Source: Burkholderiales bacterium
GTDB lineage: Bacteria > Pseudomonadota > Gammaproteobacteria > Burkholderiales > SG8-39
DNA length: 54,602 bases
Direction: 5' to 3'
NCBI GenBank assembly: GCA_036394655.1
Contig: DASWER010000281.1
Coordinates: 1 to 54,602, forward strand
The translations under genes were made by a program, and so were the position numbers. Numbering within the stretch: position 1 is the stretch's first letter; each line of letters begins with the position of its first letter. The notes below the pieces were generated by a model. The model saw only the letters and a program-made list of their open reading frames with translations, had not been told where the DNA came from and searched no databases. Positions 30,985 to 39,100 of the stretch are shown in pieces.

Positions 30985-32928
30985 TCACCACATGGCGCGC
31001 AGCTTCGAGGCCACGTCTACCGCGGGAATTTCGTCCCAGACACGCTCTTCTAGGCATGCCATCACCGCCTTGGTGACGAAGCGACTCTTCGCGCCGTAGA
31101 CATGGCGATCGCCCATGCGCGATTGCTGCGTGACGTAGTACTTGAGCGGCGCGATGAGGTCGAGCTCGCTCTTCGCACGCGTCAGCGCCACGTAGAGCAG
31201 GCGCTTCTCCTCCTCGATCAGCGCCGCGCTGCCGGTGCTGAACTCCGATGGAAAGCTGCCATCGGCCACGTTCAACACGTACACCGCGTCCCACTCCTGG
31301 CCTTTCGCCGAATGCACCGTCGAGAGGATCAGGTAGTCCTCGTCGAGATGCGGATCGCCCGAGAGGTCGCCCGTCGCTGCCGGCGGATCGAGCGCCAGCT
31401 CGCTCAGGAATGTTTCCCGGCTTCTGAAGTTAGTCGCAATGCGGTCCAGCTGCGCGAGATCCGCGGCGCGCACCTGCGCCTGCGAGTCGCCTTTGTCATA
31501 TATCCGCTCGAGATGCGGCTCGTACCATTCTCGGACGCGCGCCACCTGCCCCGCCCACGGCGCTTCGGGCTCTGTCAAAGACATCAACAGTTGGGCCAGG
31601 GCAGCGTCCAATGGGGCGAGCGACGCCCAGCCGGAAATCTCGAAGCGCGTGAACGCCTGCTGCGCGGTCGCCGGCCCGACGCCGGGCAGGAGCTGCAGCG
31701 CGCGGAAAGCGGCGATGCGGTTCTTCGGGTTATCGGCCCAGCGCAGCACCGCCAATAAATCCTTCACGTGCGCGGCCTCCAGGAATTTGAGGCCGCCGTA
31801 CTTCACGTACGGGATATTGCGACGCACGAGCTCGAGCTCCAGCACGTCGCTGTGGTGCGAGCTGCGGAAGAGCACCGCCTGGCGTTTGAGCGCGATCGCC
31901 TTTTCCCGGTTTTGTAAGACCTGAGTGACGACATAGTTGGCCTGCGCCGCATCGTCGGCCACCGTCACATAGCGCGGCTTGGCGCCCGGGCCTTTGATCG
32001 AGCGCAGCTGCTTGCCGATGAGCGCGTTGGCGGCATCGAGGATCGGCTGCGTCGAGCGATAGTTCTCTTCCAGGTCGATGGTCGCGGCCTGGTATTGGGT
32101 GGCGAAGGAGCGGATGTTCTCGACGGTGGCGGCGCGGAAGGAATAGATCGCCTGCGCGTCGTCGCCGACCACGGTGAGGCCTTTGCCGTCGGGCCGCAGG
32201 CGCGCGAGGATCTCGGCCTGCAGCACATTGGTGTCCTGGTACTCGTCGACCAGCAGGTGGTCGAAATCGCCGCCGAGCTCGCGCGCGAAGCGCTCGTCGC
32301 CGAGCATCGCGTGCCAGTAGAGCAAGAGATCGTCGTAGTCGAGCGCCTGGTTGGCGAGCTTGCGTTCGACATAGGCGCGGTAGAGGCGCGTGAGCTCGGC
32401 CTCCCATTCCGCGCACCACGGGAAATGGCCTTCGAGCGTTTCGCGCAGCGCGCCTTGCGTGTTCACGCGATGCGAGTAGATCGCGAGGCAGGTGTCCTTG
32501 CGCGGAAAGCGGCGCTCGGCCTTGGAAAACCCGAGCTCATGGCGCGCCACGTCCATCAGATCGGCCGCGTCGCCGCGGTCGAGCACGCTGAAATTCGGCT
32601 GCAGCCCGACGCGTGTGCAATGGCGGCGGATCAGCCGGTTCGCCATCGAGTGGAAGGTGCCTGACCACGGCAGGCGAACCTGCATCGCCAGCTCGCCGAC
32701 GATGCGCTGCGCGCGCCGCGTCATCTCGATCGCCGCGCGGCGCGAGAACGTGAGCAGCAGGATGCGCTGCGGGTTCGCGCCCTCGAGGATGAGATGCGCC
32801 ACGCGGTGCGCGAGCGTGTTGGTCTTGCCGGTGCCGGCGCCGGCGAGGATCAGCAGCGGCCCGGCGCCATGGCACGCCGCCGCGCGCTGCGCGCGGTTCA
32901 GCTTTTTGAACTTGTCGACGACCTCCAC
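30985..32928 (-). CDS. UvrD/Rep-family ATP-dependent DNA helicase
   Basis: Starts at a GTG. Motifs are Walker A (AGAGTGKT), DEYQDT, GDDAQAIYSFRAA, ENYRST, VHSAKGQEWD and YVALTRAK. An HhH-like insert (LQLLPGVGPATAQQAF) is present. Confidence 0.9.
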   Translation of the reverse strand: MEVVDKFKKLNRAQRAAACHGAGPLLILAGAGTGKTNTLAHRVAHLILEGANPQRILLLTFSRRAAIEMTRRAQRIVGELAMQVRLPWSGTFHSMANRLIRRHCTRVGLQPNFSVLDRGDAADLMDVARHELGFSKAERRFPRKDTCLAIYSHRVNTQGALRETLEGHFPWCAEWEAELTRLYRAYVERKLANQALDYDDLLLYWHAMLGDERFARELGGDFDHLLVDEYQDTNVLQAEILARLRPDGKGLTVVGDDAQAIYSFRAATVENIRSFATQYQAATIDLEENYRSTQPILDAANALIGKQLRSIKGPGAKPRYVTVADDAAQANYVVTQVLQNREKAIALKRQAVLFRSSHHSDVLELELVRRNIPYVKYGGLKFLEAAHVKDLLAVLRWADNPKNRIAAFRALQLLPGVGPATAQQAFTRFEISGWASLAPLDAALAQLLMSLTEPEAPWAGQVARVREWYEPHLERIYDKGDSQAQVRAADLAQLDRIATNFRSRETFLSELALDPPAATGDLSGDPHLDEDYLILSTVHSAKGQEWDAVYVLNVADGSFPSEFSTGSAALIEEEKRLLYVALTRAKSELDLIAPLKYYVTQQSRMGDRHVYGAKSRFVTKAVMACLEERVWDEIPAVDVASKLRAMW

Positions 32929-32940
32929 GGACGCCGACTA

Positions 32941-32960
32941 TACTGTATATCCGTCCAGTT
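32941..32960 (-). promoter_or_regulatory. candidate LexA (SOS) box upstream of the UvrD-like helicase
   Basis: TACTGTATATCCGTCCAGTT has a CTGT-N8-CCAG core (CTG-N10-CAG intact) and one core mismatch to CTGT-N8-ACAG. It sits 13-32 nt upstream of the helicase GTG. Confidence 0.5.
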
Positions 32961-32965
32961 CCGGA

Positions 32966-33053
32966 AATTCGGGGCCAGGGTCGTAATTTTTCGAACGGCA
33001 GGACGGTCGGGAAAAAGCCGACGCCGGAATAATTACGACCCTGGCCCCGAATT
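32966..33053. repeat. 88-bp palindromic REP/MITE-like element (perfect 23-bp inverted repeats, 42-bp spacer)
   Basis: aattcggggccagggtcgtaatt (32966..32988) is the exact reverse complement of aattacgaccctggccccgaatt (33031..33053). The spacer holds a further small hairpin (gtcgg gaaaaag ccgac). The same arm sequence recurs at 34567 and 36949. Confidence 0.85.
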
Positions 33054-33079
33054 ACGGTCTGCTACGCTTCGCTTCCCCG

Positions 33080-34567
33080 ATGAGGATCCCCGAAAATCTG
33101 CGCGGCATGCGCCGCGGCATCGAGAAGGAGAGCCTGCGCGTGCGGCCCGACGGCACGCTGGCGCAGACGCCGCATTCGCCGGCGCTTGGCGCGGCGCTGA
33201 CGCATCCGCACATCACGACCGATTTCTCGGAATCGCAGCTCGAGCTCATCACCGGGGTGCTGCCGAGCGTCGAGACCTGCCTCGAGGAGCTGACGTACAT
33301 CCACCAGGTGGTCTATCGCCACATCGGCGACGAGGTGCTGTGGTGCGCCAGCATGCCGTGCAACCTGCCGGCCGATCACCTGATCCCGATCGGCCGCTAC
33401 GGGATTTCCAACGTCGGCAGGGCAAAGACGGTCTATCGCCTCGGCCTCGCCCACCGCTACGGCCGGCGCATGCAGGCGATCTCCGGCATCCACTACAACT
33501 TCTCGCTGCCGGGCGTCACCGACGAGCAGTACTTCGGCCTGATCCGCAACTTCCGCCGGCACTCATGGCTGCTGCTCTATCTCTTCGGCGCTTCGCCTGC
33601 GGTGTGCTCGAGCTTCGTCGCCGGCCGCGACCACGAGCTCGCGCAGCTCGCCCCGGGGACGCACTACGCGCCCTACGCGACGTCGTTGCGCATGGGGCGC
33701 CTGGGCTACCAAAGCGACGCGCAGGCGTCGCTCTGCGTGAGCTACAACAACCTGAAGGACTACACCGCGTCGCTCTATGGCGCGCTCACGAAGCCCTATC
33801 CGCCATACGAGAAGATCGGCATTCGGGAGGGCGACGATTACCACCAGCTCAACACCACGCTGCTGCAGATCGAGAACGAGTTCTACAGCACCATCCGCCC
33901 GAAGCGCCGCATCAAGCGCGGCGAGCGGCCGCTGCACGCGCTGCGCGAGAGGGGCGTGGAATACGTCGAGGTGAGGCTGATGGATCTGGATCCGTTCTGC
34001 CCGATCGGCATCACGCCGCAGACCTGCCGCTTCCTGGACATCTTTCTCCTGCAGTGCCTGCTCGCGGACAGCCCGCCCGACACGCCGCGGGAGATCGCCG
34101 AAGTCGGCCGCAACCAGCAGACCGTGGCGCTGCGCGGCCGCGAGCCGGGACTGGCCCTGGAGCGAAACGGCCGCCGCGCGCATCTTTTCGACTGGGCGAA
34201 GGAAGTGATGGCGCAGTGCGAGCCGATCGCCGCCGCGATCGACGCGCAGATGGACGGCGCCGCCTACCGCGACGCCTTCAACGCCATGCAGAAGATCGTC
34301 GCGGACGCGGAGCTGGCGCCTTCGGCGCGCGTGCTACATGCCCTCGCCCGCAACCACCAGAACTCCTTCGTGCGCTTCGCGCTGATCGAATCGATGCTGC
34401 ATAAAGCGACCATCCAGCACCTCGAGCTGCCGCGCGAGGTGCGCGAGCGCTTCTCGCGCTTCGCGCTGGAATCGCTGCAGGCGCAGCGCGACCTCGAGGC
34501 CGCCGACGAGATCGACTTCGAGACCTTCCGCCAGCGCTACCTCGCGCCCGATCTACTGAGGGTCTGA
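33080..34567 (+). CDS. gshA: glutamate--cysteine ligase
   Basis: GMRRGIEKESLRVRPDGTLAQTPHSPALGAALTHPHITTDFSESQLELITGV aligns by eye with the E. coli GshA N-terminal region ([20 protein letters not shown]...ITTDF). The N-terminus appears about 13 aa shorter than E. coli GshA. Confidence 0.9.
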   Translation: MRIPENLRGMRRGIEKESLRVRPDGTLAQTPHSPALGAALTHPHITTDFSESQLELITGVLPSVETCLEELTYIHQVVYRHIGDEVLWCASMPCNLPADHLIPIGRYGISNVGRAKTVYRLGLAHRYGRRMQAISGIHYNFSLPGVTDEQYFGLIRNFRRHSWLLLYLFGASPAVCSSFVAGRDHELAQLAPGTHYAPYATSLRMGRLGYQSDAQASLCVSYNNLKDYTASLYGALTKPYPPYEKIGIREGDDYHQLNTTLLQIENEFYSTIRPKRRIKRGERPLHALRERGVEYVEVRLMDLDPFCPIGITPQTCRFLDIFLLQCLLADSPPDTPREIAEVGRNQQTVALRGREPGLALERNGRRAHLFDWAKEVMAQCEPIAAAIDAQMDGAAYRDAFNAMQKIVADAELAPSARVLHALARNHQNSFVRFALIESMLHKATIQHLELPREVRERFSRFALESLQAQRDLEAADEIDFETFRQRYLAPDLLRV

Positions 34568-34599
34568 ATTCGGGGCCAGGGTCGGGCAGGGTCGCAATT
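34567..34599. repeat. third copy of the 23-bp repeat arm (forward orientation, with a 10-nt internal duplication)
   Basis: The sequence is aattcggggccagggtcg[ggcagggtcg]caatt. It begins at the last base of the gshA TGA. Confidence 0.8.
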
Positions 34600-34645
34600 C
34601 AACTCAGCTTGACGAAGCCGTCAAGCCGCTGAAGGGCTGTCTTAC

Positions 34646-36721
34646 CTACGAGTCCCCAATGCGCTCTTCCTCCACAAGACGCATCTGTGTCGCCTTCTCC
34701 CCAATCAATGTGAATACTTCATCCACCGCTAGGCCTTTCGGTAGCTGGTGGGCGATGAACAGAATCGTTGCGACGCCCTTCAACTTGTTCACCGTCTGGG
34801 CAAAGCGCTCGGCGGTTTGCGAATCGAGGCTGCTTGTCGCTTCATCGAATACCAGAACACGCGGCCGCTTGAGCATGGCGCGAGCAATGGCGAGGCGTTG
34901 CTTCTGGCCGCCCGAAAGGCCGACGCCGTGCTCGCCGATCTCCGAGTTGTAACCTTTGGGAAGCTTTTCGATCATGTCGTGGATCTCAGCGATCTTGCAG
35001 GCCTGGACAACATCGTCGAATGAAGCGTTCGGATTGGCGGCTAGCAAGTTCTCGTAGATCGTTCCCGAGAACAGCACCGTTTCCTGAGGCACAACACCGA
35101 AAAGCGCGCGCAGCTCGTTGGCGGCGAAATGGCGGATGTCGCGACCATCGATGGTGATGCTACCGTCGTCGGGCTGATAGAAGCCAAGTAGTAGCTTGGC
35201 GAGCGTGCTCTTCCCGCAGCCCGAAGGCCCCGTGAGAACAGTGAGCTTGCCGGGTTTCAGCGCCAAGCTGAGGTGCCTATATAGGAAGGGGTGCTCGAGC
35301 GAGTAGCGGAAGGAGAGATCGTCTACGCGGATCTCGCATTTACCTTCCATTGCTCGCGCCGGGATCAGCGAATAGGGCTCGACCGGGGCGTCCATGATGT
35401 CGCCTAAGCGTTTGACCGCGATCGATGCCTGCTGGAACTCCTGCCATAGGCTGGCAAGGCGCAGCATCGGCTGCGACATGCGGCCGGCGAACATCTGGAA
35501 GGCTACGAGCATGCCGATGGTGAATCCATCGTTCTGCATCACGAGCAACGCGCCTGCGCAGAGAATCGCTAGCGTCATTGCCTGCTCGAGCGCGTTGGCG
35601 ATGGTGTTGTAGATATTCGACACCTGCCGCGTGTCGAAGCCAGACGCCAGGTACTGCGCGAGCATCTCGTCGTAGCGACCTTCGAGGCGAGGTTCCATCT
35701 GCAGGGATTTGACTGTCTCGATGCCGGCGACGTACTCCGTAAGGAATGCCTGATTGCGCGCGCCGAGCAGGAATTGTTTGTTGATCCGAGCGCGCAGCAT
35801 TGGCGTGACGCCGATGGACAGGCCCGCGATCAGGCCGAGCATGCCGAGCGCGATCAGGGTGAGCTGCCAGCTGTAGACAAACATCACCGCCACGAAGATC
35901 AGCAGGAAAGGAAAGTCGAGAATGAGCGACACAGCCGCTCCAGCCATGAATTCACGTACCGTCTCTACCGCCCGGACGCGCGCGATCAGCACTCCTGTAG
36001 GTCGATGCTCGAAATAACGCAGGTGAAGACGCAGGATGTGCCGTAGCACCTGGCTGCCGAGCACGGCATCGACGCGGTTTCCGGTGTGGAGCACCAAGTA
36101 CTGCCGCAGGTAACTCATACCAGCGTTGAAGAGCAGAAACATCGCGAGGCCAACCGCGATGGCGATGAGCGTGCTACTCGTCTGATGGACCACGACCTTG
36201 TCAATGATGACTTGGGTGAAGAGCGGCGTCGTGAGCGCAATAAGTTGGATGAAAAGCGAAGCAAGCAGCACATCGCGCCAGATGCGCTTGTGCTTTAACA
36301 GCTCGTGCCAGAACCAGCGGAAACCAAACGCGGCGGGCCCATCTGCCACTTCCTCCGGCTGGGTGCGCTGCACGAGAAGTACCCGAGGCTCGAAGCGCTC
36401 GACTTCGGTCACTGCGCAGGTCTGTGGGGCTTGGTTGCCCACTTCGAAGTACAAAAACCGCGTGCCGTCTGACTTGACGATGATGGCGGGTCGCGGTGCA
36501 TCGCCTTTCAGGAAAGCGACGCACGGAAAGCTGGGTTTGGTCAGGTCGCTCTGACCAGTGCGAAAGCCAAGGGACTGTAACGCTTCAAGCGACTGCTGCT
36601 CGGAATGTGGCGCTGGATAGCGTTGGATGAGCAGCGCCGGATCGAACGGCAGCCGATTGATCTGGCATAGGCTGCCGATCAACCAGACGAAATCCGGCCG
36701 GGATAACGTCCTTGCGTTCAC
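34646..36721 (-). CDS. type I secretion system permease/ATPase (HlyB family) with N-terminal C39-like domain
   Basis: The 691-aa ORF has an N-terminal ~130 aa resembling the HlyB C39-like domain, without the QxxxxxCG peptidase motif. A 6-TM ABC membrane domain follows. The NBD carries GPSGCGKST, LSGGQKQRLAIARA and VLVFDEATSSLD. It starts at a GTG preceded by GGGGAG. Confidence 0.85.
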   Translation of the reverse strand: MNARTLSRPDFVWLIGSLCQINRLPFDPALLIQRYPAPHSEQQSLEALQSLGFRTGQSDLTKPSFPCVAFLKGDAPRPAIIVKSDGTRFLYFEVGNQAPQTCAVTEVERFEPRVLLVQRTQPEEVADGPAAFGFRWFWHELLKHKRIWRDVLLASLFIQLIALTTPLFTQVIIDKVVVHQTSSTLIAIAVGLAMFLLFNAGMSYLRQYLVLHTGNRVDAVLGSQVLRHILRLHLRYFEHRPTGVLIARVRAVETVREFMAGAAVSLILDFPFLLIFVAVMFVYSWQLTLIALGMLGLIAGLSIGVTPMLRARINKQFLLGARNQAFLTEYVAGIETVKSLQMEPRLEGRYDEMLAQYLASGFDTRQVSNIYNTIANALEQAMTLAILCAGALLVMQNDGFTIGMLVAFQMFAGRMSQPMLRLASLWQEFQQASIAVKRLGDIMDAPVEPYSLIPARAMEGKCEIRVDDLSFRYSLEHPFLYRHLSLALKPGKLTVLTGPSGCGKSTLAKLLLGFYQPDDGSITIDGRDIRHFAANELRALFGVVPQETVLFSGTIYENLLAANPNASFDDVVQACKIAEIHDMIEKLPKGYNSEIGEHGVGLSGGQKQRLAIARAMLKRPRVLVFDEATSSLDSQTAERFAQTVNKLKGVATILFIAHQLPKGLAVDEVFTLIGEKATQMRLVEEERIGDS

Positions 36722-36941
36722 TCGCTCCCCGCGTCTTCAGACGACTTCGCGTGAACTGCCGAGAGAAAACACTAGCCGACTTGCGACGAAAACCCCATCG
36801 GTGAAAACCTTATGGTTGTGCGCAAGGGCACCTCGGCACAGCAAAAGGTCGAGCGTTATCCAATCAACTGGCCGGCGTTTTATCCGAATGTCCGAGATTG
36901 GGATCGCCTAAGCGCGAGAGCGAGCGCGCACGCTCGCTGGG

Positions 36942-36974
36942 CCCGAATAATTACGACCCTGACCCCGAATTATG
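36942..36974. repeat. fourth copy of the repeat arm (reverse orientation, extended homology)
   Basis: cccgaataattacgaccctgaccccgaattatg matches ccggaataattacgaccctggccccgaattacg (33024..33056) at 30/33 positions. The 23-bp core (36949..36971) has 1 mismatch. The TAA stop of the DUF3108 gene lies inside it. Confidence 0.8.
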
Positions 36975-37641
36975 GGGAGATGCGGATGGCGACCTGCTCG
37001 TAGCGCGTGCCGTCCTTCTCGACGACGAGAAGGCGCACGGGGATGTGGTTGCGCGCGCTGGCGAGCCAGAGCTCGGCGCGCTCGCGGTCTTCGCCCTGGC
37101 GCGTCGCTTTGACGGCGTCGAATTCGCCGGCGGGTGTCTTGACGCGCTCGCTTCCCTGGATCTTGTAGGTGTGGCGCGAGAGGCCTTTGCCGTCGGCGAT
37201 GGTGTAGCTCACGGTGTCGGCTTTGCCGGGCACGAGGCTCAGCGCGAAGAGGAATGAAAGGCGGTCCTGCGCATTCGGCGGCAGCGGCTCGCTCGCCTTG
37301 TTGCCCTTGTACTGCATGGTGAGGGTCTTCGCTTTCCAATCGAACCAGGCGCGCGCGGTGTCGCGGCCCGAGCGCTCGTCGACGAATTCGCGCGGCCTTA
37401 GCGTGTCTCGCTCAATCGTGCCCCGGCTCACGCGCCGCGCTTGGCCCATCAGCGCATAGAGGCCCTTGCCCTTCCAGATCTCGGTGAGCTGGTAATTGCC
37501 GCCGGAGTATTCCAGCTTCTCCGTCACCTCGGCCATGTGTGAGCCATTGCGGGTGAGCGAAAACGTCAACTCGATGTTCGGCGGCGCTTCTGCCCGAACC
37601 AGGCCGGCGAAGCTAATCAGGAGCAAAAATAAGTTGCGCAT
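36970..37641 (-). CDS. DUF3108 domain-containing protein
   Basis: The 223-aa ORF has a signal peptide (MRNLFLLLISFAGLVRA). The composition is beta-rich, and it lies next to purN, as is common for this family. Confidence 0.7.
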   Translation of the reverse strand: MRNLFLLLISFAGLVRAEAPPNIELTFSLTRNGSHMAEVTEKLEYSGGNYQLTEIWKGKGLYALMGQARRVSRGTIERDTLRPREFVDERSGRDTARAWFDWKAKTLTMQYKGNKASEPLPPNAQDRLSFLFALSLVPGKADTVSYTIADGKGLSRHTYKIQGSERVKTPAGEFDAVKATRQGEDRERAELWLASARNHIPVRLLVVEKDGTRYEQVAIRISP

Positions 37642-38224
37642 CGTTTCCTTTAACTCGCACCACCCCGTTCTGGATCACGAGCTTGTCGTCCAGGAACCAG
37701 CGCGCGGCGCGAGGGTAGATCACGTGCTCCTGGCGCAGGACGCGGGCGGCGAGCGCGGCGGCGTCTTCGCCCGGGCGGACCGGGATGGCGGCCTGGATGA
37801 CGATCGGGCCGCTGTCGAGCTCGGCGGTGACGACATGCACGGTGCAGCCGTGCAGCTTCACGCCGGCATCGAGCGCGCGCTCATGCGTGTCGAGGCCGGG
37901 GAACGCGGGCAAGAGCGAGGGATGGATGTTCAGCAGCCGGTCGCGGTAGTGCTCGACGAAGCCCGGCGTCAGCACGCGCATGAAGCCGGCAAGGGCGACG
38001 AGGCGCGGCTTGAAGCGATCGATCTCGCGCGCTAGCGCGCTGTCGAAGGCATCGCGATTGGCAAACGCGGCGTGCTCGACGACGGCGGTTGCGATCTTGC
38101 GTGAGCGGGCGAACTCCAGCCCGTCTGCATCGGCGCGGTTGCTGATCACCGCGGCGACCGGCAGCCCGGCCTCGACGAGCGCCTGCATGTTGCTGCCGCG
38201 GCCGGAAATCAGGACGACCAGCAA
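37613..38224 (-). CDS. purN: phosphoribosylglycinamide formyltransferase
   Basis: Motifs are VVLISGRGSNMQAL, LAGFMRVL, LNIHPSLLPAFPG and VHVVTAELDSGPI. Confidence 0.93.
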   Translation of the reverse strand: MLVVLISGRGSNMQALVEAGLPVAAVISNRADADGLEFARSRKIATAVVEHAAFANRDAFDSALAREIDRFKPRLVALAGFMRVLTPGFVEHYRDRLLNIHPSLLPAFPGLDTHERALDAGVKLHGCTVHVVTAELDSGPIVIQAAIPVRPGEDAAALAARVLRQEHVIYPRAARWFLDDKLVIQNGVVRVKGNDAQLIFAPD

Positions 38225-39100
38225 CTAGTACACCCGTGCGGCGCGATAGCCGTCCTGCCCGAGCAGCGCGAGCACGCCCTTCTCGCCGTAGAGGTGCAGC
38301 GCGCCCACGGCGACGAATGCGTCGCCGCGGCGCAGCTCGCGCTGCATACGGAAAGCCATCACTACGCTGCGATCGTGCAGCACGCGCTTGGTCATCACCG
38401 CCTGGTGCGCCGCCACTTCGGGATAGCGCGCGATGAAGGCCTCGCGCAGCCGCCAGATCGCGGCGAGGTCGCGCTCGAGATAGGCGTCCATAGTCCGGTT
38501 CGCGAGCTCGATGAGCTCGGCGCGGTGCGCGAGACTGTGCTTGAGGAGCGCGACCTGCGATGCCATCGGGCATTCGTCGAAGGTGAAGATCTGTTCCTCC
38601 ACGCCTTCGATCTGCGCCACCGCCATGCGCCGCTCGCGCGCCCGCTGCAGCAGCTGCGCTTCGAGCGTAGTGACGCTGTCGCCGCGCGCCGCGCGCAGGT
38701 TGATGAGCGCGCCCCAAGGCTTGAGCTTGGCTACGAACTCGCGCGACAGCCCGATCGGCGCAAGCTCCTCGAGCACGCGCGCGAAGTCGTCCGCGCCGAT
38801 CTGGTCCTCGAGCGTCTGCCGGTCGAGGAACAGCGCCGCCTCGATGAAGCGCTCGCGCGTATACGCGTCCGGCAGGAATTCGAGCATCAGGCTGCGCGAG
38901 CGCTCGAAGCTGCCGCCCACGCTCGCCGGCAGCTCGGCGAGACGCGCATCGGCATCGTGGATCGTGCCGTAGACGTGGCTCGGGGCATTGCCCTTCCTGC
39001 TCACGCGCCACAGCACGCCGTGCTCGAAGCGCTCGCTCGCCGCCCGGGCGGGAGCCGCCGCCGCGGCCAGCGCGGCGAGCAGGAAGACGCGGCGCTTCAC
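38225..39100 (-). CDS. TraB/GumN family protein
   Basis: Has a signal peptide, then [19 protein letters not shown]...[18 protein letters not shown], which is characteristic of the family. Confidence 0.8.
   Translation of the reverse strand: MKRRVFLLAALAAAAAPARAASERFEHGVLWRVSRKGNAPSHVYGTIHDADARLAELPASVGGSFERSRSLMLEFLPDAYTRERFIEAALFLDRQTLEDQIGADDFARVLEELAPIGLSREFVAKLKPWGALINLRAARGDSVTTLEAQLLQRARERRMAVAQIEGVEEQIFTFDECPMASQVALLKHSLAHRAELIELANRTMDAYLERDLAAIWRLREAFIARYPEVAAHQAVMTKRVLHDRSVVMAFRMQRELRRGDAFVAVGALHLYGEKGVLALLGQDGYRAARVY

Larger units (their letters stand above)
34567..36971. mobile_element. candidate 2.4-kb inverted-repeat-bounded cassette of foreign composition, carrying one ABC exporter gene and no transposase
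   Basis: It is bounded by repeat copies 3 and 4 in inverted orientation. Spot GC counts on 60-nt lines inside gave 53% and 60%, against 73% on a flanking line. Both ends abut the stop codons of convergent core genes (gshA and the DUF3108 gene). Confidence 0.35.

Noticed and set aside
30745-31076. Plus-strand ORFs 30745..31053 and 30822..31076 in the hydrolase-helicase spacer
   Set aside because: Neither has an SD. Both run into the helicase 3' end antisense, and their composition is odd. I treat the region as non-coding and possibly an sRNA.
34608-34625. Hairpin cttgacg-aagc-cgtcaag downstream of the ABC exporter stop as a terminator
   Set aside because: It has a 7-bp stem but no adjacent T-run on the relevant (minus) strand. 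I note it only as secondary structure inside the cassette.
36627-37003. Small plus-strand ORFs (36627..36911 and 36812..37003) upstream of the ABC exporter
   Set aside because: They have no RBS and no recognisable family. They overlap the repeat arm and the ABC 5' end, so they are probably a non-coding remnant.
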